A DNA stretch of 52,257 bases from NCBI GenBank assembly GCA_041082215.1, contig JBDOIF010000050.1:1-52257 (forward strand). Direction: 5' to 3'. Below, piece after piece: positions 18,493 through 28,215 of this stretch. Position numbers and translations under genes: made by a program. The stretch is from Anaerolineae bacterium (lineage in GTDB: Bacteria > Chloroflexota > Anaerolineae > B4-G1 > DUEL01). The first letter of the stretch is position 1. The number at the start of each line of letters is the position of its first letter. Below the pieces are notes generated by a model. That model had not been told where the DNA came from and searched no databases. It was given only the letters and a program-made list of their open reading frames with translations.

Positions 18493-19758
18493 TTACTCGC
18501 TGGGCCCTTCCATACCTTCCAGCAGTTGCTCCATGTACCAGATCTGCTCGTCGGTGGCCACCTCGCCCTCAGCCAGGAAGGGGGTGCCGTCCTGGTAGTT
18601 GAGCGGTCCGACGAAGAGGTTGATGGAGCCATCGGCCAGGCCAGCGATGAACTGGTCCAACTGCGCCGACCACTCTTCGGTGAGGGCAGGCCCCTTCATG
18701 AAGCCAACGGCGGTGGTGTCCCGGTTGTTGATGTCGCTCCAGTCTGGACCGGCCCAGATCCACTCCTGCTTCCAGGTGCCGTCCATCACCGCCTGCAACT
18801 GCTGCAGGTAGCCCGGACCCCAGTTGAAGTAGGGGACGCCCAGGCAGACATCGGGGGCCTCGTCGCAGGCATGCTCGTAGTCGTAGGGGATGGCGAAGAC
18901 CCGCTCTCCCTGAGCCGCCCGCTGCCCGACGACCACCAGCGCCTCGGTGGTGTCAATGCCGGACATCAGCACATCCGCCCCCTCGTTGATCAGGTCGTTG
19001 GAGACCTCTGTGGGGTCGAGGGTGACGCCGGGGATGTTAAACCAGAAGCCGATCCAGGTAACGATGAAGCGGAGGTCGTCGGGGTTCATCCCCCGGAAGT
19101 GCTCATAGCAGTACCGGGCGCCCAGGTAGGCGGAGGCAGCCAGCCGGCGGGTCTCGAAGTTGATCAGCGGCCCCACGTAGCCGATGGTGCCGGTCTCGGT
19201 CGCCAGCGCGGCGGCGCAGCCGGCGATCATCTTCCCGTACTCCATCCGGCCCATGTAGTTGCCCACGTTGGGCGGCGCCTGGCCGGTGAGGACATGATCC
19301 CCGGAGATGTGGATGAAGATGATGTCGGGATACTTCTCCGCAGCCCGGTCGGTGTCCTCCATAAAGTCGTCGGAAGTCGTGAAGATGACCTTGGCCCCCT
19401 GCGAGACCATATCGTCCACTGCCTGCTCCAGCGTGGTCTCCGGCCGATCGGCGGGATTGAGCTTATCCAGATAGACGAAGGTGGCGTTGGGCAGCTTCTC
19501 GGTGACGTACTCGGCGGCGGTGTAGTGAGCCTCGCTCCAGCCGTGATCGTTATAGGGGCCGACGAGGATGACGCCAAAGACGAACTCCTCGGGCGTCGCC
19601 TCTTCCGTGGGGGCCTCCGTCGCTTCCTCCGTCGGAGCCTCCGTCGCCTCCTCTGTGGGCGGCAGCGTCGGAGTCGGCGTCGGGCTCGGCTTGCAGGCGG
19701 CCAGCAGCATAGCCGCAACGACGAGAAGCCCCAGCAGACTCCACAGACGTCTGGACAT
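18493..19758 (-). CDS. BMP family ABC substrate-binding lipoprotein (nucleoside/purine)
   Basis: Lipobox LLAAC, TEEATEAP repeat linker, and GPYNDHGWSEAH, GFWF and YFNWGP motifs. Confidence 0.92.
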   Translation of the reverse strand: MSRRLWSLLGLLVVAAMLLAACKPSPTPTPTLPPTEEATEAPTEEATEAPTEEATPEEFVFGVILVGPYNDHGWSEAHYTAAEYVTEKLPNATFVYLDKLNPADRPETTLEQAVDDMVSQGAKVIFTTSDDFMEDTDRAAEKYPDIIFIHISGDHVLTGQAPPNVGNYMGRMEYGKMIAGCAAALATETGTIGYVGPLINFETRRLAASAYLGARYCYEHFRGMNPDDLRFIVTWIGFWFNIPGVTLDPTEVSNDLINEGADVLMSGIDTTEALVVVGQRAAQGERVFAIPYDYEHACDEAPDVCLGVPYFNWGPGYLQQLQAVMDGTWKQEWIWAGPDWSDINNRDTTAVGFMKGPALTEEWSAQLDQFIAGLADGSINLFVGPLNYQDGTPFLAEGEVATDEQIWYMEQLLEGMEGPSE

Positions 19759-19865
19759 TCTTCGCCTCCTTAAAAAATAGGTTGCTTGTTACTCATTGCT
19801 GGTTGCTGGTCGCTGGCTGCTCGCGATATGCACCACCTCCTTCGGGGGAAAGTACGGACACTCCG

Positions 19866-19894
19866 AATGTAGCACAATTCACCCGGGTTGACAA
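19866..19894 (-). promoter_or_regulatory. Sigma70 promoter for the bmp-ABC operon
   Basis: TTGTCA -N17- TACATT with an extended -10 TG. Confidence 0.6.
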
Positions 19895-19942
19895 ACCTCG
19901 CAGATTCGGCGCAGGGCTATCGCCGGAGCTGGAACAACCACA

Positions 19943-20698
19943 TTACATTCCTGTCGGAATGTCCAGGAAGATTGTCTCCAGGCCGAATTTCTCCTCCAAA
20001 TGCCGCCCCAGCGCCTTCACGCCCAGCGTCTCGGTGGCGTAATGGCCAGCGAAAAGGAGGTTAAGCCCTCGCTCGGCCGCCTGATGGAAATAACCGTGGC
20101 TGGTCTCGCCGGTGATGAACGTATCCAGCCCCGCCTCCTCCACCTGGTCCACCATCGAAACGGCGAAGCCGGAGATGCACCCAACCCGATGCGCCCTCTC
20201 CGGCCCGTGGGCCAGCACCCGGATCGGCGGCCGGTTCAACGCCTGGATCAACCGTCCGATCAGCGCTGGCATCTCCAGAGGCGGGTCCAGCACCCCGGCT
20301 ATGCCGATCTCCACCCCGTGGTACTTCCCGAAAGGCCGGACGTCTCCCAGCCCCAGGAGCCGGGCCAGCTCCGCGTTGTTCCCCACCTCGGGGTGGGCAT
20401 CCAGCGGCAGGTGGGCGGCATAGAGGCCGCAGCCCCCCTCAATGAGGGTCCGCACCCGCCGGAAGTGGGGCCCCACCAACCGGAGCGGTTCGTCCCAGAA
20501 GAGGCCGTGGTGGACGATGAGGAGCTGTGCTTCGGCCTCCACCGCCTGCTCGAAAGCCGCCAGGCAACCGTCCACGGCGAGGGCCACTTTCGATACCTCC
20601 TCCGGCCCCTCAACCTGCAGTCCGTTCTTGGAGCTATCTTCGATCTCGGCAATGCGAAGGTACGCATCCAGGTAATCGGTCAGCTCAGAGAGTTTCAT
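19943..20698 (-). CDS. Nif3-like dinuclear metal centre protein (DUF34)
   Basis: NGLQVEG, VHHGLFW, AHLPLDAHPEVGNN and AGHYATE motifs. Confidence 0.95.
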   Translation of the reverse strand: MKLSELTDYLDAYLRIAEIEDSSKNGLQVEGPEEVSKVALAVDGCLAAFEQAVEAEAQLLIVHHGLFWDEPLRLVGPHFRRVRTLIEGGCGLYAAHLPLDAHPEVGNNAELARLLGLGDVRPFGKYHGVEIGIAGVLDPPLEMPALIGRLIQALNRPPIRVLAHGPERAHRVGCISGFAVSMVDQVEEAGLDTFITGETSHGYFHQAAERGLNLLFAGHYATETLGVKALGRHLEEKFGLETIFLDIPTGM

Positions 20699-20711
20699 AT
20701 TTGCTCACTTA

Positions 20712-22442
20712 TCACCCTACAAACAGCGGCACAAAATCGAACTTCTCCACATCCACCAGCCCCTGGTCGGTGAGCTTCAGCGCCGGGATGACCTCCAGGG
20801 CCAGGAAGCCCAGGCTCATGAAGGGGTCGTGCAGGGGGGAGCCGAGGGATCGAGCTGCGCCGATCAGCCGGTCCATCTGGTGGCGGACGACCTCGACGGG
20901 CTGGTCGGACATCAGGCCGGCGATGGGGAGCGGAACGGAACCGACGACCTGCTCGCCGGCGGCGGCGACCAGCCCTCCGCCCATCTCCCCCACAGCGCGG
21001 GCGGCGGTCATCATCGAAGCATCGTCGCAGCCAGCGACGATCAGGTTGTGGGCGTCATGCCCCACGCTCCCGGCCAGCGCCCCCCGCTTGAGGCCCAGCC
21101 CGCGCACGAACCCCAGCCCCACATTGCCGGTCCCCCGATGCCGCTCGATCACCGCCAGCTTCAACAGGTCCCGCTCCGGATCGGCCGCCACCTCCCCGTC
21201 CCGCACCGCCATTTCCTCCACCAGATGCTCCGTGATCACCTGGTCCGGCACGACGCCGATGACCCGCACAGAGGCCACGACAGCAGCCGGGTCGGGGGCG
21301 GGGACGGCGAAGCGGAGATGCTCCCAATCCACACGGACCGTCCCCCGCACGCCGGATTCGTCCGCTTGTGGCTGGGGCCAGGTCCCCACAGGCTCTCCCG
21401 CCTGGGCCACCAGCAGCCCGCCGGAGAAGACCATCTCCGGACGGAAGTGCTTCAGGTCGGAGAAGACCACCAGGTCGGCCCGCTTCCCCGGCGCGATCGC
21501 CCCCCGGTCGTAGAGGCGGAACCACTCGGCGGCGTTGAGCGTGGCCATCTGGAGGGCAGTGATGGGGTCCAATCCTTCTGCGACGGCCAGCCGGACCAGA
21601 TGGTCCAGGTGGCCCTCGTCCAGAAGGTCGGCCGGGTGGCGGTCGTCGGAGCAGAAGGCACAGCGACGGCTGTTCTGGGGGGTGACGGCGGGCAGGAGCG
21701 CCCGCAGGTTCTTAGCAGCAGTGGACTCGCGGATGAAGACGACCATCCCCAGCCGCAGCTTCTCCAGCATCTCGGCGGCGGTGGTGCACTCGTGGTCGGA
21801 GCCGGGGCCTGCGCCCACATAGGCCTGAAGCCACTTGCCGCCAAAGCCCGGCGCATGGCCGTCTATGACCCGGCCCTGAAAGGCCTCCACCTTGGCGACA
21901 ACCTCCGGGACCCCCAGCACCAGCCCTGGCACATTCATAAATTCGGCCAGGCCGAGCACGCGGGGGAGGTCGGCCAGGGCGCGGAGGTCCTCCGCCGCCA
22001 GCTCTGCCCCGGCGGTGCCCATGGAGGTGGCAGGAACGCAGGAGGGGAGGTTGATGTAGACGGTGAGGGGCAGTCCTTCGGAGGCGGCCAGCATGTAGCG
22101 GATGCCGTCGGCGCCGAGGACGTTGGCGATCTCATGGGGGTCGCATACCACTGTGGTGGTGCCCCGGGGGACGACCGCCCGGGCAAATTGGGGAGGAGCG
22201 ACCATCGAGGATTCGATGTGGACGTGGGCATCAATGAGGCCAGGGCAGATGTACCGACCACCCAGGTCCAACTGCTGGCGGCCCACGTAGCCCCCTCCCA
22301 CCCCGACAATCCGGTCGCCGGTCAGGGCCACCTCTGCCTCGATGATCTCACCGGTGAAAACGTTGATCACCCGCCCGTTTCTGAGCACCAGATCGGCAGG
22401 CTCGTCGCCACGGGCAATGGAGAGAAAGCGGGGAAGGTCCAT
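20712..22442 (-). CDS. ade: Adenine deaminase
   Basis: DAHVHIESSM, DPHEIANV, DGHAP, SDHEC, SDDRHP and GHDAHN motifs. Start MDLPRF follows RBS GGAGG. Confidence 0.95.
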   Translation of the reverse strand: MDLPRFLSIARGDEPADLVLRNGRVINVFTGEIIEAEVALTGDRIVGVGGGYVGRQQLDLGGRYICPGLIDAHVHIESSMVAPPQFARAVVPRGTTTVVCDPHEIANVLGADGIRYMLAASEGLPLTVYINLPSCVPATSMGTAGAELAAEDLRALADLPRVLGLAEFMNVPGLVLGVPEVVAKVEAFQGRVIDGHAPGFGGKWLQAYVGAGPGSDHECTTAAEMLEKLRLGMVVFIRESTAAKNLRALLPAVTPQNSRRCAFCSDDRHPADLLDEGHLDHLVRLAVAEGLDPITALQMATLNAAEWFRLYDRGAIAPGKRADLVVFSDLKHFRPEMVFSGGLLVAQAGEPVGTWPQPQADESGVRGTVRVDWEHLRFAVPAPDPAAVVASVRVIGVVPDQVITEHLVEEMAVRDGEVAADPERDLLKLAVIERHRGTGNVGLGFVRGLGLKRGALAGSVGHDAHNLIVAGCDDASMMTAARAVGEMGGGLVAAAGEQVVGSVPLPIAGLMSDQPVEVVRHQMDRLIGAARSLGSPLHDPFMSLGFLALEVIPALKLTDQGLVDVEKFDFVPLFVG

Positions 22443-22499
22443 CGAGATACCTCCTCGTTGCTGGTTACTCGCTGATTGTATCACACCCGGCAACACGGG

Positions 22500-23891
22500 T
22501 CAAAGCCTGGTCGAGAGGCCTGACCGGGCTACGAACTGTCCAAGCCCCTTCCTTCCGTTGAACTGGCCCTCGTGGTAGATGAGCTGGCCGCGGGAGATGG
22601 TGGTTCGCACCCGTCCACGCACCCGCATACCCTCGTAGGGGGAGTAGCCAGCCAGGTGATGGAGGTCGGCGGCACGGATCACCCCCTCCGGCTCCGGGTC
22701 GTAGATCACGACATCGGCGTCCGCCCCGGGCAGGAGCGACCCTTTGCGGGGCCACAGCCCCCAGAGCCGCGCGGGGTTGGCAGAAAGAAGGGCGACCATC
22801 TGGGGCAACGTCAGCCGCCCCTCGGCCACGCCGCAGGTGTAGGTCAGGGGCAGCAGAGTCTCCAGCCCCGGTAGCCCTCCGGGTGTGCGGGTGAAGTCGT
22901 CGGCGGCGACCTTCTGATCCCGCGTATAGTCGCAGTGATCGGTCACCAGCAGGTCCACCGCCCCGTCCTCCACCAGCGCCCACAGCCGATCCGGCTCCTG
23001 GGGGTCCCGCAGAGGGGGCTGGAGGATGTACCGCCACGGCTCCTCCCCCTCATAGGCCGTGTTATCCAGCAGCAGATACTGGGGACAGGTCTCACAGGTA
23101 GCCCGCTGCCCCTCCTCTCGCGTCCCGGCCACCAGCGCCACGGAGCGGGCGGTGGAGCAGTGGCAGATATGGACCGGGCAGCCGGCCGCTTCGGCCAGGA
23201 AGAGGACCCGCTGGACGGCCTCCTGCTCGGCCAGGGCGGGGCGGGAGCGGCCGTGGAAGCGCCAGCCGGTCTCCCCTGCCGCCATCAGCGCCCCCGTTTG
23301 GGCTGTGACCATATCGTCGTTCTCGCAGTGGATGAGGGGAAGGATCCCCAGGCTGGCACAGGCCTCCATCAGCCGGAAGATGGTGGCGTCGTCGGCGTAG
23401 TAGTTGGGCCGGTAGGTGGTGTAGAGCTTGATGCTGGGCGTGCCCAGCTCCACCAGGTCGGCCAGCTCCCCCTCACGGCCCGGCGGCAGCTCGGTGACCA
23501 TCACGTGGAACCCGTAGTCAATCACCGCATCCCGGGCTTCCCTCTTACGGGCCTCGACCGCCTCCCGGAGGCCCTGACCGGGGAACTGGGTGGCGAAGTC
23601 CACCACGGTGGTCACGCCGCCGCAGGCAGCCGCACGGGTCCCGATGAACCAGTCGTCGGGGGTCCTGTAGATGCCAGTGTCGAGGGCGATGTGGGTGTGA
23701 GCGTCAACGGCGCCGGGGAGGACGTAGCAGCCCTCCGCCTCGATCACGCGGGTATCGTGGGCCACCGGCAACCCCCGGCCCACTGCCCTGATGCGTTCTC
23801 CCTGGATCAGCAGGTCCGCTTCCAGGAGCCCCTCGGGCATAACCAGAGTCCCACCCCGAACAAGGAGCGTAAGCGTCGTGGGCTGCTTCAC
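22500..23891 (-). CDS. hydA: Dihydropyrimidinase / cyclic amidohydrolase
   Basis: DAHTH, GGVTTVVDF, carbamylated Lys in SIKLY, HCEN, ETCPQYL and TDHC motifs. Confidence 0.85.
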   Translation of the reverse strand: MKQPTTLTLLVRGGTLVMPEGLLEADLLIQGERIRAVGRGLPVAHDTRVIEAEGCYVLPGAVDAHTHIALDTGIYRTPDDWFIGTRAAACGGVTTVVDFATQFPGQGLREAVEARKREARDAVIDYGFHVMVTELPPGREGELADLVELGTPSIKLYTTYRPNYYADDATIFRLMEACASLGILPLIHCENDDMVTAQTGALMAAGETGWRFHGRSRPALAEQEAVQRVLFLAEAAGCPVHICHCSTARSVALVAGTREEGQRATCETCPQYLLLDNTAYEGEEPWRYILQPPLRDPQEPDRLWALVEDGAVDLLVTDHCDYTRDQKVAADDFTRTPGGLPGLETLLPLTYTCGVAEGRLTLPQMVALLSANPARLWGLWPRKGSLLPGADADVVIYDPEPEGVIRAADLHHLAGYSPYEGMRVRGRVRTTISRGQLIYHEGQFNGRKGLGQFVARSGLSTRL

Positions 23892-24061
23892 CGTGGCACC
23901 TCCTGTAGAGAGCGGATGCGCTGAACAGGATAATTATACCCCAATTCGCGCCGTTTGGGGCGATTCGGTGCCCCTAAGGGGGGTATTTCAATTTCGGGGC
24001 GAGTGGTCCTCCCGCCCGCCGGTGGTAACTGCCTGCGCTGGAGGCTAACTGCTCTGCCTGG

Positions 24062-24102
24062 CCCTCACCCCACCCCCTGGCCCCCTCCCGGAGGGGTGAG
24101 GG
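24062..24102. repeat. CCCTCACC...GTGAGGG palindromic intergenic element
   Basis: Inverted ends. Related copies at 26376-26423, 27814-27845 and 52194-52250. Confidence 0.65.
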
Positions 24103-24179
24103 ATCAAACCACCATCAGGCGGGCAAAATTAAGGTGTAACTCGCCACCAAACTGAAATGCACCCAAAAGGGGTTCAACT

Positions 24180-24208
24180 TTGCCTTTATGGCAAACCGGT
24201 AGTATAAT
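24180..24208 (+). promoter_or_regulatory. Sigma70 promoter for the LCP gene
   Basis: TTGCCT -N17- TATAAT. Confidence 0.7.
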
Positions 24209-24233
24209 TTTCATTCAGGGGCGCGACGCCGAC

Positions 24234-25748
24234 ATGAGAACTTCAACCCGTTACCTGCTTGAAGGAGCGATCCTGATCCTCCTCCTGGCCCTGACCACCA
24301 TCGCCACCCGCTGGCTGCTGGTCGCAACTGGCGGGGACGCAGTGGCCGTCCTCACCCCCACGCCCCGGCCGTCCCCTACGGCCCTTCCTACCCCTCTCCC
24401 TCCCACTGCAAGCTCTACCCCCACCCCTACCCCGTCGCCAACCGCCACACCCACGCCGACCCTTATACCGCCCACCCCCGTTCCCCCTTCCCTTATCCAC
24501 ATCACTCCGGCGTTCACCCTGCCCATCACCGGTACCCCCTTCCCCCTCCCTGTGCCAACCCCGATGCCTACAGTCGAGCTGCCGGAGGGGGTCATCAACC
24601 TCCTGCTTCTGGGGGCGGACAGGGAAGGGCTGGGAGGTAACGGCGGCCTGCGTACCGACGTCATTGTGATAGCGAGTATCAACCCCGACACCCCCTCCGT
24701 CAGTCTCCTCTCCATCCCACGGGACTACTATGCCTGGATCCCCGGCTACGGTTTCGGGAAGATCAACACCGCCTATGCCCGTGGGAACGGTTACCCGGGC
24801 GGGAGAGCAGCCCTGATCAAGGCGACCATTGAGTACAACTTCGGCATCCCCATCCACTACTACGCCCTGGTGGATTTCTCCGGCTTCATACGGATTGTGG
24901 ACACGCTCGGCGGGATAGACGTGCCTGTGGAGTGCGAGCTGCACGACACCTTCCCCGATCCCGCCAATCCAGAGCAAGGGATAGACGTGGACTTCTACCC
25001 CGGCATCCAGCGCCTGGACGGCTACCACGCCCTCGCCTACGTCCGCTCCCGCTGGTCCACCCACGATTTCGACCGCAACCGACGGCAGCAGCAGGTCCTC
25101 CGGGCCCTCTACCGCCAGCTCCTGGCACTGAACTACATTCCCCGCATTCCTGAACTGTGGGGAGCCGTTGGGGAAACGGTGGAGACCGATCTGGGGCTGG
25201 ACGAGGTCCTGTATCTGGGATGGGTCGGGAGCAGGCTGGAGTGGGTCAACATCAAGAGCCGGTTCATCGCTCCCCCTTATGTGGCGTCCTGGACCACGCC
25301 TGATGGGGCCTATGTACTTCTGCCGGTGGAGGGGGCGCTGGAGCCGCTGGTGGCCGAAGCGCTACAACCGCCCGCCGTGGGCCGGGCCAACCAGCCCCCC
25401 TTCCGCGTCGAGGTCTGGGACGGCACGGGCCGCCCCGGGATCGCGGAGGTGGCCGCCGAGCGGCTCCGATGGGAGGGGTTCAACGTTGTCGGCGTCTATC
25501 CCGCCGATCAGCTCTACTCCCACACCCAGATCGTGGACCTCACGACCACAAGCAAAGGCTCCCCTCTATGGCTGCTGGAACGGCTCTACCACCGCTCCAA
25601 TGCCTCTGTGGTCCGCCAGCCGACGGAGGGGAGCCCGGTTGACTTCCGTATCCTCCTGGGGGCCGATTATGACTCCTGCGTGCCCTCCGGCGCCATCCAC
25701 TATGTCCCCGCCCCGACGCCGACCCCAACCCCGACGCCGACCCCCTGA
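24234..25748 (+). CDS. LytR-CpsA-Psr (LCP) family protein with PT-rich linker and LytR C-terminal domain
   Basis: N-terminal TM helix; NLLLLGAD, RTDVI, SIPRD, YVRSR and DFDRNRRQQ motifs; C-terminal VEVWDGTG. Confidence 0.93.
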   Translation: MRTSTRYLLEGAILILLLALTTIATRWLLVATGGDAVAVLTPTPRPSPTALPTPLPPTASSTPTPTPSPTATPTPTLIPPTPVPPSLIHITPAFTLPITGTPFPLPVPTPMPTVELPEGVINLLLLGADREGLGGNGGLRTDVIVIASINPDTPSVSLLSIPRDYYAWIPGYGFGKINTAYARGNGYPGGRAALIKATIEYNFGIPIHYYALVDFSGFIRIVDTLGGIDVPVECELHDTFPDPANPEQGIDVDFYPGIQRLDGYHALAYVRSRWSTHDFDRNRRQQQVLRALYRQLLALNYIPRIPELWGAVGETVETDLGLDEVLYLGWVGSRLEWVNIKSRFIAPPYVASWTTPDGAYVLLPVEGALEPLVAEALQPPAVGRANQPPFRVEVWDGTGRPGIAEVAAERLRWEGFNVVGVYPADQLYSHTQIVDLTTTSKGSPLWLLERLYHRSNASVVRQPTEGSPVDFRILLGADYDSCVPSGAIHYVPAPTPTPTPTPTP

Positions 25749-25763
25749 TCGGGCCAGCGCCCA

Positions 25764-26345
25764 TCATCCCGGCGCCAGGTAGGCCAGCGCCCGGCGCACC
25801 CGCTCCTCCAGCGTCATCTCCTCGTCCCGTGGCAGGTTCTGGAGGGCCGTCTGCGCCTCGACGATGCTGAAGCCCAGCGCCGTCAGGGCAGCGATCACTT
25901 CCGCATCCTGATCGGTGAGGAGAGGGACTGCCTCCGCACCGACCAGGGTCAACTTATCCCGCAGATGGAAGATGATAGCCCGCGCCGTCTTGGGGCCGAC
26001 ACCCGGCACGCGGGAGAGGATCCCTGGCTCATCCCGCACTACCGCCTGCCGCAGCGCCTCCGGCGAGACGGTGCTCAACGTAGCCAGGGCCACCTTCGGC
26101 CCCACACCGGAAACGCCCAGGAGCAGCTCGAAAAGGGCAAGCTCTTCCTCAGTGAGGAAGCCGTAGAGGGCCAGTTCGTTCTCCCGCACGTGCAGGTGGG
26201 TGACCAGCTCCACTGGCCGTCCCACCCCGTCCACCCGTTCCAGAACAGGGGTCGGCACGAAGACGCGAAACCCCACCCCTCCCACCTGCACCACCAGATG
26301 GTCTGGCCCCACTGCCGCTACAACCCCGCTGATCCGCGCGATCAC
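25764..26345 (-). CDS. ruvA: Holliday junction branch migration protein RuvA
   Basis: VGGVG, HVRENELALYGF, VSGVGPK, VPGVGPKTA and ALTALGF motifs. Confidence 0.97.
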   Translation of the reverse strand: MIARISGVVAAVGPDHLVVQVGGVGFRVFVPTPVLERVDGVGRPVELVTHLHVRENELALYGFLTEEELALFELLLGVSGVGPKVALATLSTVSPEALRQAVVRDEPGILSRVPGVGPKTARAIIFHLRDKLTLVGAEAVPLLTDQDAEVIAALTALGFSIVEAQTALQNLPRDEEMTLEERVRRALAYLAPG

Positions 26346-26430
26346 ATCCTCTCCCCAAAATCCCGACTACTTTGACCCTCACCCCACCCCCTGTCCGGTA
26401 GGGGGTAAGGGGAGGAGTGAGGGCTGCCCC

Positions 26431-26922
26431 CTACTCACCCTCCAGCGCCCGCATCCGGGCCGAGTGCAGGTGACAGATCGCCACCGCCAGCGCATCGGCA
26501 GCATCGTCCGGACGGGGGACCTCCGGCAGGCCCAGCAGCATCCGGACCATCTCCTGCATCTGCCGCTTATCCGCCCCTCCGTAGCCGGTGAGCGCCTGCT
26601 TGACCACCAGGGGGCTGTACTCCGCCACGGCCAGGCCCGCATCCGCCAGCGCCAGAAGGGCCACCCCTCGCGCCTGGCCCACGCTCATCGCCGTCCGCAC
26701 GTTGACGCTGAAGTACAACTCCTCCATTGCTGCTGCGTCGGGCGACCATTCCCGGGCCAGGCGGATCAGCTCCCGATGGATGACCTGCAGCCGCCGGGCA
26801 AGCGGCTGACCGGCTGGCGTGGTAACAGCCCCGTAAGCCAGCGCCCGGAGCCCTTCCCCGGTTTCCTCCACCACACCGTAGCCGGTCGTCGCTGTGCCGG
26901 GGTCCACCCCCAACACCCGCAT
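26431..26922 (-). CDS. ruvC: Crossover junction endodeoxyribonuclease RuvC
   Basis: LGVDPG, EELYF, GQARG and DDAADALAVAICH motifs. Confidence 0.97.
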   Translation of the reverse strand: MRVLGVDPGTATTGYGVVEETGEGLRALAYGAVTTPAGQPLARRLQVIHRELIRLAREWSPDAAAMEELYFSVNVRTAMSVGQARGVALLALADAGLAVAEYSPLVVKQALTGYGGADKRQMQEMVRMLLGLPEVPRPDDAADALAVAICHLHSARMRALEGE

Positions 26923-27677
26923 CAGCCTGCCGCCTCGAACTTGGCCATCACCTCGTCGGAGATATCCAGGTTGGAGTACACCTGCTGGACGTCGTCGAGG
27001 TCCTCCAGCGCGGTGATCACGCCCATCACTTTGAGCGTTTCCTCCTCGCCCAGTTGGAGGGTGTTCTTGGGAACCAGGGAGAGTTCCGCCGTCTCGAACC
27101 TCACCCCCAGCCTCTCCAGCGCCTGCCGCACCTGCTGGAAGTCCTCCGGCTGGGCGAAGACCTCGATCAAGTCGTCGGAGATCATCACATCCTCGGCGCC
27201 GGCCTCCACGGCCGTCTCAAAGACCGCCTCCGGGTCTCCGCCGTCGGGGGAGATGGCGATATAGCCTTTCCGTTCAAACTGCCAGGCGACAGCGCCGGCC
27301 TCGGCCATCGTGCCTCCCTGGCGGGTCAGCACACGCCGCACCTCGGCCACCGAGCGGTTCCGATTGTCGGTCAGCACCTGGATCATCAGCGCCACCCCGT
27401 GAGGGGCATAGGCTTCGTAGAGGATCTCCTCCAGCACCTCCCCTTTCAGCTCCCCTGTGCCCCGCTTGATCGCCCGCTCGATGTTATCCTTGGGCATGTT
27501 GGCGGCCCTGGCCTTGTCTATGGCCAGCCGCAGGCGCAGATTGGCCTCCGGGTCGCCTCCCCCCTCCCGTGCTGCAATGGTGATCTCCCTGGCCAGGCGG
27601 GTGAACATCTGGCCCCGCCTGGCGTCCGTGGCCGCCTTCTTATGCTTGATCGTAGACCACTTGCTATGCCCCGACAT
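26922..27677 (-). CDS. yebC: YebC/PmpR family protein
   Basis: MSGHSKWSTIKHKK, TDNRNR and DDVQQVYSN motifs. Confidence 0.96.
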   Translation of the reverse strand: MSGHSKWSTIKHKKAATDARRGQMFTRLAREITIAAREGGGDPEANLRLRLAIDKARAANMPKDNIERAIKRGTGELKGEVLEEILYEAYAPHGVALMIQVLTDNRNRSVAEVRRVLTRQGGTMAEAGAVAWQFERKGYIAISPDGGDPEAVFETAVEAGAEDVMISDDLIEVFAQPEDFQQVRQALERLGVRFETAELSLVPKNTLQLGEEETLKVMGVITALEDLDDVQQVYSNLDISDEVMAKFEAAG

Positions 27678-27749
27678 GCCCTCCTCCCCACTTTCGTCAA
27701 CAGTAGGAACGTCTTCCTCCGAAATTTCCAGATGCCATCGGCTATTACG

Positions 27750-27779
27750 ATTATACCACCGCCCTCGACCGGCAGGCAA
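27750..27779 (-). promoter_or_regulatory. Sigma70 promoter for yebC-ruvC-ruvA
   Basis: TTGCCT -N18- TATAAT with an extended -10 TG. Confidence 0.65.
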
Positions 27780-27870
27780 GCAGCCATCTGAGATCTTCGT
27801 CGGCCGCCCCTGACCTCACCCTACCCCCTGGGGTATGAGGTGAGGTCAGCCCTCTCGCCCGCGTCTCCCG

Positions 27871-28134
27871 TCAAACCAGCCACAACGCCAGAAGGATCAT
27901 CACCACCAGCATAGCCGCGGCGATGATCGCGATCCGTTTCAGGTCGGTTACCACGTAGCGGTACTCCTCCCGCAGGTCTGGCAGCGCCCGCGCCACAAGC
28001 TTCGCTGTAGGTATGGACGGCGCGGCCGGAGCAGCCTGCTTCCCCTCCGCCCCCTCCTGGCCTGGCCGGACCAACTGGGCAGGGGATAGACGGGGCATCT
28101 GTGTACGCCCGCTCTTTCTCTTCTTCTTCGTCAT
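27871..28134 (-). CDS. Small hypothetical protein with a C-terminal TM anchor
   Basis: RBS GGAG, basic N-terminus, EEYRYVVTDLKRI followed by a hydrophobic tail. Confidence 0.7.
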   Translation of the reverse strand: MTKKKRKSGRTQMPRLSPAQLVRPGQEGAEGKQAAPAAPSIPTAKLVARALPDLREEYRYVVTDLKRIAIIAAAMLVVMILLALWLV

Positions 28135-28215
28135 TTGTCTCCTCCAGGTGTTCTCTCAAAACGCGGCAGAGGACCTCCAGATCCCTCCGCGTCTTCCTAC
28201 ATCCGTGTTCATCCC

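Noticed and set aside
24355..24570. C-rich repetitive DNA, also at 19596-19690 and 25710-25745
   Set aside because: Explained by Pro/Thr and TEEATEAP linker codons in secreted proteins.
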